Below are positions 37,682-41,897 of a stretch of 41,897 nt of DNA, in pieces. A program made the position numbers and the translations under genes. The stretch's first letter is position 1, and each line of letters begins with the position of its first letter. Source of the stretch: a virus (lineage: Duplodnaviria; Heunggongvirae; Uroviricota; Caudoviricetes). Location of the stretch: the IMG/VR virus record IMGVR_UViG_651053023_000011, positions 1-41,897 of that record; one strand, given 5' to 3'. The notes beneath the pieces are model-generated. The model searched no databases and was not told where the DNA came from. It saw only the letters and a list, made by a program, of their open reading frames with translations.

Positions 37682-38259
37682 ATTATTCAGAGTTCCGACC
37701 AGAAGTTACGCCACATGGCATAAAAATTGGCAATACAACCATTGATTATGTTGAGGCCGTACAGCGACTTAATGATGGTGAATACGATTATCCAAACTCA
37801 CACGGTTTAAGAATCATGCAATGTATTGCTGAAGCCGATGATGCAGGGTTGCTGGGACGATTTTCAGTCGATATGAAAGTTGCTCAATGGCGATGGCTGT
37901 ATGTGACTACGTTTATAAATGAAGAGAAAGACAAGAACGGTACCGTTGATATCCCTAACGATAATGGAACTACAGATCGCGCAGTTATTTACAAGGGGAA
38001 ACATGGTTGCCTGAGTATCTACCCCGGACCACTTCGCATTGCCCTGCAAAACCATGTCGAATGGGGATTTATTGAAAAATATGGCGAAGCTGAAGGCATG
38101 GGGCGAGTTCTGTTTCTCTATCAAAAAATGCTCATCGCAGATCCTGATAATGGTTTCATTATCTCTGCTATGGGGCGCGAAGGGCTTGAACTCCTTCTGG
38201 ATGAAATGATTCACGATCTGAATACTCATGGTATGCCAGAAGCGCCAGTGACACATTAA
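37678..38259 (+). CDS. hypothetical protein (193 aa)
   Basis: ATGA overlap with upstream small ORF. Confidence 0.5.
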   Translation: MNYSEFRPEVTPHGIKIGNTTIDYVEAVQRLNDGEYDYPNSHGLRIMQCIAEADDAGLLGRFSVDMKVAQWRWLYVTTFINEEKDKNGTVDIPNDNGTTDRAVIYKGKHGCLSIYPGPLRIALQNHVEWGFIEKYGEAEGMGRVLFLYQKMLIADPDNGFIISAMGREGLELLLDEMIHDLNTHGMPEAPVTH

Positions 38260-38265
38260 ATATTA

Positions 38266-38292
38266 AGAAGAATATAATTCTTCCGTTTTTTA
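38266..38292 (+). terminator. terminator candidate after four-gene operon
   Basis: GAAGAAT/ATTCTTC stem followed by T6. Confidence 0.45.
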
Positions 38293-38435
38293 CTAACCGT
38301 TTATATGAAAAGCAACCGTGAATTAAGCAGAGTAAAACTGATTTTAATCCTTGCCACAGTGCTGACACTAACTGAAATCATTATTCTCTTTATTGCGCTG
38401 TCAGTCGGTTAAAAATATCGGGATACCACAGACCA

Positions 38436-38624
38436 ATGAGACTGTATTTCACAATAGTAATTTTACTGGCAATTATCGCATGCATTTACGGATTACTCGT
38501 TCCGTTCCTTATATCCATGAAGGATACGATAGCAGTTATTTCTGGCTTTGCACTGGCGTTTCTGACCCCGCCCTGCATTTATGCCATTTACAAGGGTCTT
38601 TCTTTCACTAAGGATAAAAGATGA
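38436..38624 (+). CDS. small membrane protein (two predicted TM helices)
   Basis: 62-aa hydrophobic ORF; stop overlaps start of SPFH gene (ATGA). Confidence 0.45.
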   Translation: MRLYFTIVILLAIIACIYGLLVPFLISMKDTIAVISGFALAFLTPPCIYAIYKGLSFTKDKR

Positions 38625-39448
38625 AAAAAATTATTTTTGCTTTAGCCATTGTTCTGCCGACTATTGGCCTTGTCGGTTGCGATCGCGTTGAACCAGGTAA
38701 TGTTGGCATCAAGGTAAATAAACTGGGCGACGATAAAGGCGTCGGTGAGGTGGTCGGTGTTGGTCGCTACTGGACTGGCTGGAATACTGAAGTTTACATC
38801 TTCCCCACCTTCAAGCAAATGAAGACCTACGATGAACCGTTCAGTTTCCAGATGAGTGACGGTACAACCATCGGCTATCACATTGGCGTGGCCTACAAAG
38901 TTGATCCATCCAAAGTTACCACGGTGTTTCAGACCTACCGCAAAGGCGTGGATGACATTACAGACACCGACCTGCGCCAGAAGATCGCCGACGCACTCAA
39001 CCGACTGGCCAGCAAAATGACCACTGACAAATTTATCGACGGCGGCAAGTCTGAGCTGCTTGATGAAGCTCTTAAAGACATTCAGGCAGAGATGACACCT
39101 ATCGGTATTCAGGTAATGAGCCTCTCATATGTGGGTAAGCCGGAGTACCCGCCTACTGTTATCGACAGCATTAATGCCAAAGTCACGGCGAACCAGAAAA
39201 CACTGCAGCGCGAGCAGGAAGTTAAACAGCGCGAAGCGGAAGCCAACATGTTGCGCGCGGAAGCTGCCGGACAGGCTGATGCGATTCGCACAAAAGCTCA
39301 GGCCGAAGCCGATGCTATTCGTTTACGCGGTGAAGCTCTGCGCCAGAACCCCGGTGTTATGGAGCTGGAAGCCATCAATAAATGGAACGGCACACTGCCG
39401 CAATACATGACCAGCGGTGCTAATACACCATTTATCCAGGTTAAATAA
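38621..39448 (+). CDS. SPFH/band-7 (stomatin/prohibitin-like) domain lipoprotein
   Basis: 275-aa ORF; lipoprotein signal with lipobox LVGC; SPFH-like core followed by Ala/Glu-rich coiled-coil (QREAEANMLRAEAAGQADAIRTKAQAEADAIRLRGEA). Confidence 0.65.
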   Translation: MKKIIFALAIVLPTIGLVGCDRVEPGNVGIKVNKLGDDKGVGEVVGVGRYWTGWNTEVYIFPTFKQMKTYDEPFSFQMSDGTTIGYHIGVAYKVDPSKVTTVFQTYRKGVDDITDTDLRQKIADALNRLASKMTTDKFIDGGKSELLDEALKDIQAEMTPIGIQVMSLSYVGKPEYPPTVIDSINAKVTANQKTLQREQEVKQREAEANMLRAEAAGQADAIRTKAQAEADAIRLRGEALRQNPGVMELEAINKWNGTLPQYMTSGANTPFIQVK

Positions 39449-39488
39449 CTTATATGCCCGGCAAGTCGCCGGGCTAAGGGAAGATCAG

Positions 39489-39860
39489 ATGAACCCCCAG
39501 AATACTCAACCGCAAATAATGAACTATGACCCGAATCTGACGTCATGCGGACGCATGGCAAAACAAACCGTTCGATTAACTTTCGGGCTATGGGAATACC
39601 GCGAAACATTCGAAGTTACTGTCGGCGGCAATCTGACCGGACTGGATGTTATCAGTTGCGCTATTGAAAGCCTGTACGCAACGCTGCCTTATGAAGAAGT
39701 CAAGGATGAGCGCACAGGGGGAACAGATATCATGGCCACCATTAATATTGGCGAACTGATATGTCAGGATGAAGACCTGTCCGGAGAACTCTGGCTTGCC
39801 GGGATGCTTATCTCAGCAGAAATTATCAGTATTGAACCCGCTACAAACATACGACTCTGA
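39489..39860 (+). CDS. hypothetical protein
   Basis: 123-aa ORF from ATG with AAGGGAAG RBS, after a GC-rich stem-loop. Confidence 0.45.
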   Translation: MNPQNTQPQIMNYDPNLTSCGRMAKQTVRLTFGLWEYRETFEVTVGGNLTGLDVISCAIESLYATLPYEEVKDERTGGTDIMATINIGELICQDEDLSGELWLAGMLISAEIISIEPATNIRL

Positions 39861-39891
39861 AGTTCTCACTATTCAGAGAGCAGGAGAAAAA

Positions 39892-40134
39892 ATGTTCGCT
39901 TTGATTAATCAGGGACAACTGTATACCGACAGTGCCGGTTACCCGGTAAAAATTATTCGCTGCATAAATAACACTGTGTTGTACAGAAGAATGGATGGGC
40001 GAACACAGTCGGTAAAAATAAACGATTTTAATGAACTGTTTGAACGGCTCGATCACCAGGAATACCGACAAATTCTGGCAGAAACAGAACTGGAAACTCA
40101 TCTGAAAAAATTACGGGCCATGAAAAGGAAATAA
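39892..40134 (+). CDS. hypothetical small protein
   Basis: 80-aa ORF from ATG preceded by AGGAGA. Confidence 0.5.
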   Translation: MFALINQGQLYTDSAGYPVKIIRCINNTVLYRRMDGRTQSVKINDFNELFERLDHQEYRQILAETELETHLKKLRAMKRK

Positions 40135-40137
40135 AGA

Positions 40138-40284
40138 ATGAATAAAGCGTTTGAGCTATGGGTACGCCAGCGTTACGGCAATCGCTATGACCTGACGCGA
40201 GATGTTGACGGTTTCTACTGCCGTGAAATTGTGAAACGAATGTTTGAAGTGTGGTGCCACTGCCGTGGGCTGAGTGTTGTGTGA
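40138..40284 (+). CDS. hypothetical small Cys-containing protein (48 aa)
   Basis: ATG preceded by AAGGAA; below track cutoff. Confidence 0.4.
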   Translation: MNKAFELWVRQRYGNRYDLTRDVDGFYCREIVKRMFEVWCHCRGLSVV

Positions 40285-40292
40285 GGTAATGC

Positions 40293-40529
40293 ATGGGCAA
40301 TGTGATTCAACTGGCTCCCAATGAATGGGTTTGTGAAAGCGTTCTTATCGCAATTACCGGGCTCAAACCAGGCACAATTCTCCGGGCCCGGAAAGAATGC
40401 TGGATGGTAGGAAGAGAGTATATTCACGTATCGCCTGACGGTAATCCAAAACCTTCCAGCGAATGTATGTATAACAGAAAAGCAATCGATGCCTGGGTCG
40501 CTTCAATGAAAAACAAACAACCTGGGTGA
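40293..40529 (+). CDS. excisionase-like protein
   Basis: 78-aa basic ORF with GAGGTAA RBS immediately upstream of integrase. Confidence 0.5.
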   Translation: MGNVIQLAPNEWVCESVLIAITGLKPGTILRARKECWMVGREYIHVSPDGNPKPSSECMYNRKAIDAWVASMKNKQPG

Positions 40530-40584
40530 TTTAATACCATGAAATATGTAAGCTCATATCGCTCTTGGGCGTCTGGAGGTATCG

Positions 40585-40836
40585 ATGGATAAAGTCAAAT
40601 ATCCAACAGGCGTCGAAAACCACGGTGGCACATTACGCATCTGGTTTAATTTTAAAGGTAAACGTGTCAGGGAAAATCTTGGTGTCCCTGACACTGCCAA
40701 GAACAGGAAGATCGCCGGAGAGCTGCGGACATCTGTATGTTTTGCCATTCGTACAGGAAACTTTGATTACGCTGCGCAGTTCCCTGACTCTCCTAACCTC
40801 AAGGCTTTTGGGGTAAATAAAAAGAAATTACGGTGA
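40585..40836 (+). CDS. int: integrase N-terminal arm-type DNA-binding domain (separated from catalytic domain by apparent frameshift)
   Basis: 83-aa ORF (TGVENHGGTLRIWFNFKGKRVRENLG...FDYAAQFP) typical of arm-binding domains of tyrosine integrases; stops in an A-run. Confidence 0.7.
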   Translation: MDKVKYPTGVENHGGTLRIWFNFKGKRVRENLGVPDTAKNRKIAGELRTSVCFAIRTGNFDYAAQFPDSPNLKAFGVNKKKLR

Positions 40837-41897
40837 AAGAACTTGAAAAAAAGTGGCTGGATCTGAAACGCATGGAAATCTCTGCAAATGCATTCAATCG
40901 CTATGAGTCCGTTGCAAGAACAATGATTCCGAAAATTGGAGGTAGCAGACTGGTGTCAACGGTGACCAAAGAGGAATTGCTGTATATCAGGAAAGATTTG
41001 CTGACCGGATATCAGAATTCAACGAAAGACAAAGCACCAGCAAGAGGACGGAGCGTCGTTACTGTAAATTATTATATGACGACAATCGCTGGAATGTTTC
41101 AGTTTGCTGCAGATCACGGTTACTTAGAAGCAAACCCCTTCGAGGGAATTAAGCCTCTTAAAAAAGCCAGGGCAGAGCCAGATCCGCTAACTCGTGACGA
41201 ATTTATTCGCCTGATAGATGCTTGCCGGCATCAGCAGACAAAAAACCTGTGGTCATTGGCTGTGTACACAGGAATGCGTCATGGTGAGCTGGTCTCCCTG
41301 GCCTGGGAAGATATCGATCTGAAAGCAGGAACAATTACTATCAGGCGCAATTATACGAAACTCGGTGAGTTCACTCTACCTAAAACTGAAGCAAGTACAA
41401 ACAGGGTTGTGCATCTTATCCAGCCCGCTATCAGTGTCCTGAAAAATCAGGCTGAAATGACAAGACTGGGTAAGCAGCACCACATCAAGGTTCAACTACG
41501 TGAATATGGACGTTCAGTGAATCATGAATGTACTTTCGTATTCAACCCCCAGGTGGTTAGAAAAAGCAAACAGGTAGGTTTTATCTACAAGGTAGATTCC
41601 ATTGGCGACTCATGGGAAACAGCCATTAAGCGTGCAGGCATCAGGCATCGAAAGGCATACCAGTCACGACACACTTATGCGTGCTGGTCATTATCTGCCG
41701 GAGCAAATCCAAGCTTCATTGCCAGCCAGATGGGCCATGCCAGTGCCCAGATGGTTTTCAATGTATACGGAGCATGGATGACTGACAGCAATGCAGAACA
41801 GATCGCAATGCTGAATCAGAAGCTGGCAGATTATGTCCCAATGATGTCCCATAGTCACCAAAGTGACACAAGAGGCCTATTAAAATCAGTGGGTTAG
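40833..41897 (+). CDS. int: tyrosine recombinase / integrase, core-binding and catalytic domains
   Basis: 354-aa ORF with catalytic motifs (R...HxxR in SRHTYACW, C-terminal Tyr region); begins at GTG just after arm-domain stop; ends at window edge. Confidence 0.8.
   Translation: MKELEKKWLDLKRMEISANAFNRYESVARTMIPKIGGSRLVSTVTKEELLYIRKDLLTGYQNSTKDKAPARGRSVVTVNYYMTTIAGMFQFAADHGYLEANPFEGIKPLKKARAEPDPLTRDEFIRLIDACRHQQTKNLWSLAVYTGMRHGELVSLAWEDIDLKAGTITIRRNYTKLGEFTLPKTEASTNRVVHLIQPAISVLKNQAEMTRLGKQHHIKVQLREYGRSVNHECTFVFNPQVVRKSKQVGFIYKVDSIGDSWETAIKRAGIRHRKAYQSRHTYACWSLSAGANPSFIASQMGHASAQMVFNVYGAWMTDSNAEQIAMLNQKLADYVPMMSHSHQSDTRGLLKSVG

Overview
The window is almost entirely one lambdoid prophage with a mosaic build: an HK97-type head module joined to a Mu-type contractile tail under lambda-style regulation, an architecture resembling SfV-like enterobacterial phages. 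Gene order right to left: tyrosine integrase and excisionase-like gene at the right edge (40.3-41.9 kb, + strand); a + strand accessory region of unknown genes (36.4-40.3 kb); a divergent cI-like repressor and Cro-like gene with operator dyads (35.3-36.4 kb); then on the minus strand an early operon (Rha-like protein, replisome organizer with iterons, DnaC-like loader, DnaB-like helicase), a Q-like antiterminator, a + strand general porin moron, an orphan DPPY DNA methyltransferase, two T4-type tRNAs (Gly-UCC, Thr-UGU), a TerB-like gene, a lysis cassette (two membrane proteins and an M15-peptidase endolysin), HNH endonuclease, small and large terminase, portal, prohead protease, major capsid, and tail genes (sheath, tube, frameshifting chaperone, tape measure, Mu gp43-48-like baseplate) ending in two tail fibre plus Tfa cassettes. 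The att sites lie outside the window. The strongest candidates for an undescribed system are (i) a translationally coupled small 2-TM protein plus SPFH/band-7 lipoprotein pair and (ii) an operator-controlled four-gene operon immediately downstream of cI; both are hypotheses from sequence only. Other cargo: the porin, the methyltransferase with a small winged-helix-like gene, a TerB-like protein, a secreted protein inside the tail operon, and the tRNAs. Several genes (integrase, Mu gp37-like, Mu gp44-like, a small antisense gene) carry apparent single-base frameshifts, several at homopolymer runs, which may be sequencing errors or real decay. All calls rest on reading the sequence and the supplied ORF track; no database search was run, and hand-derived coordinates for sub-ORF features may be off by 1-2 nt.
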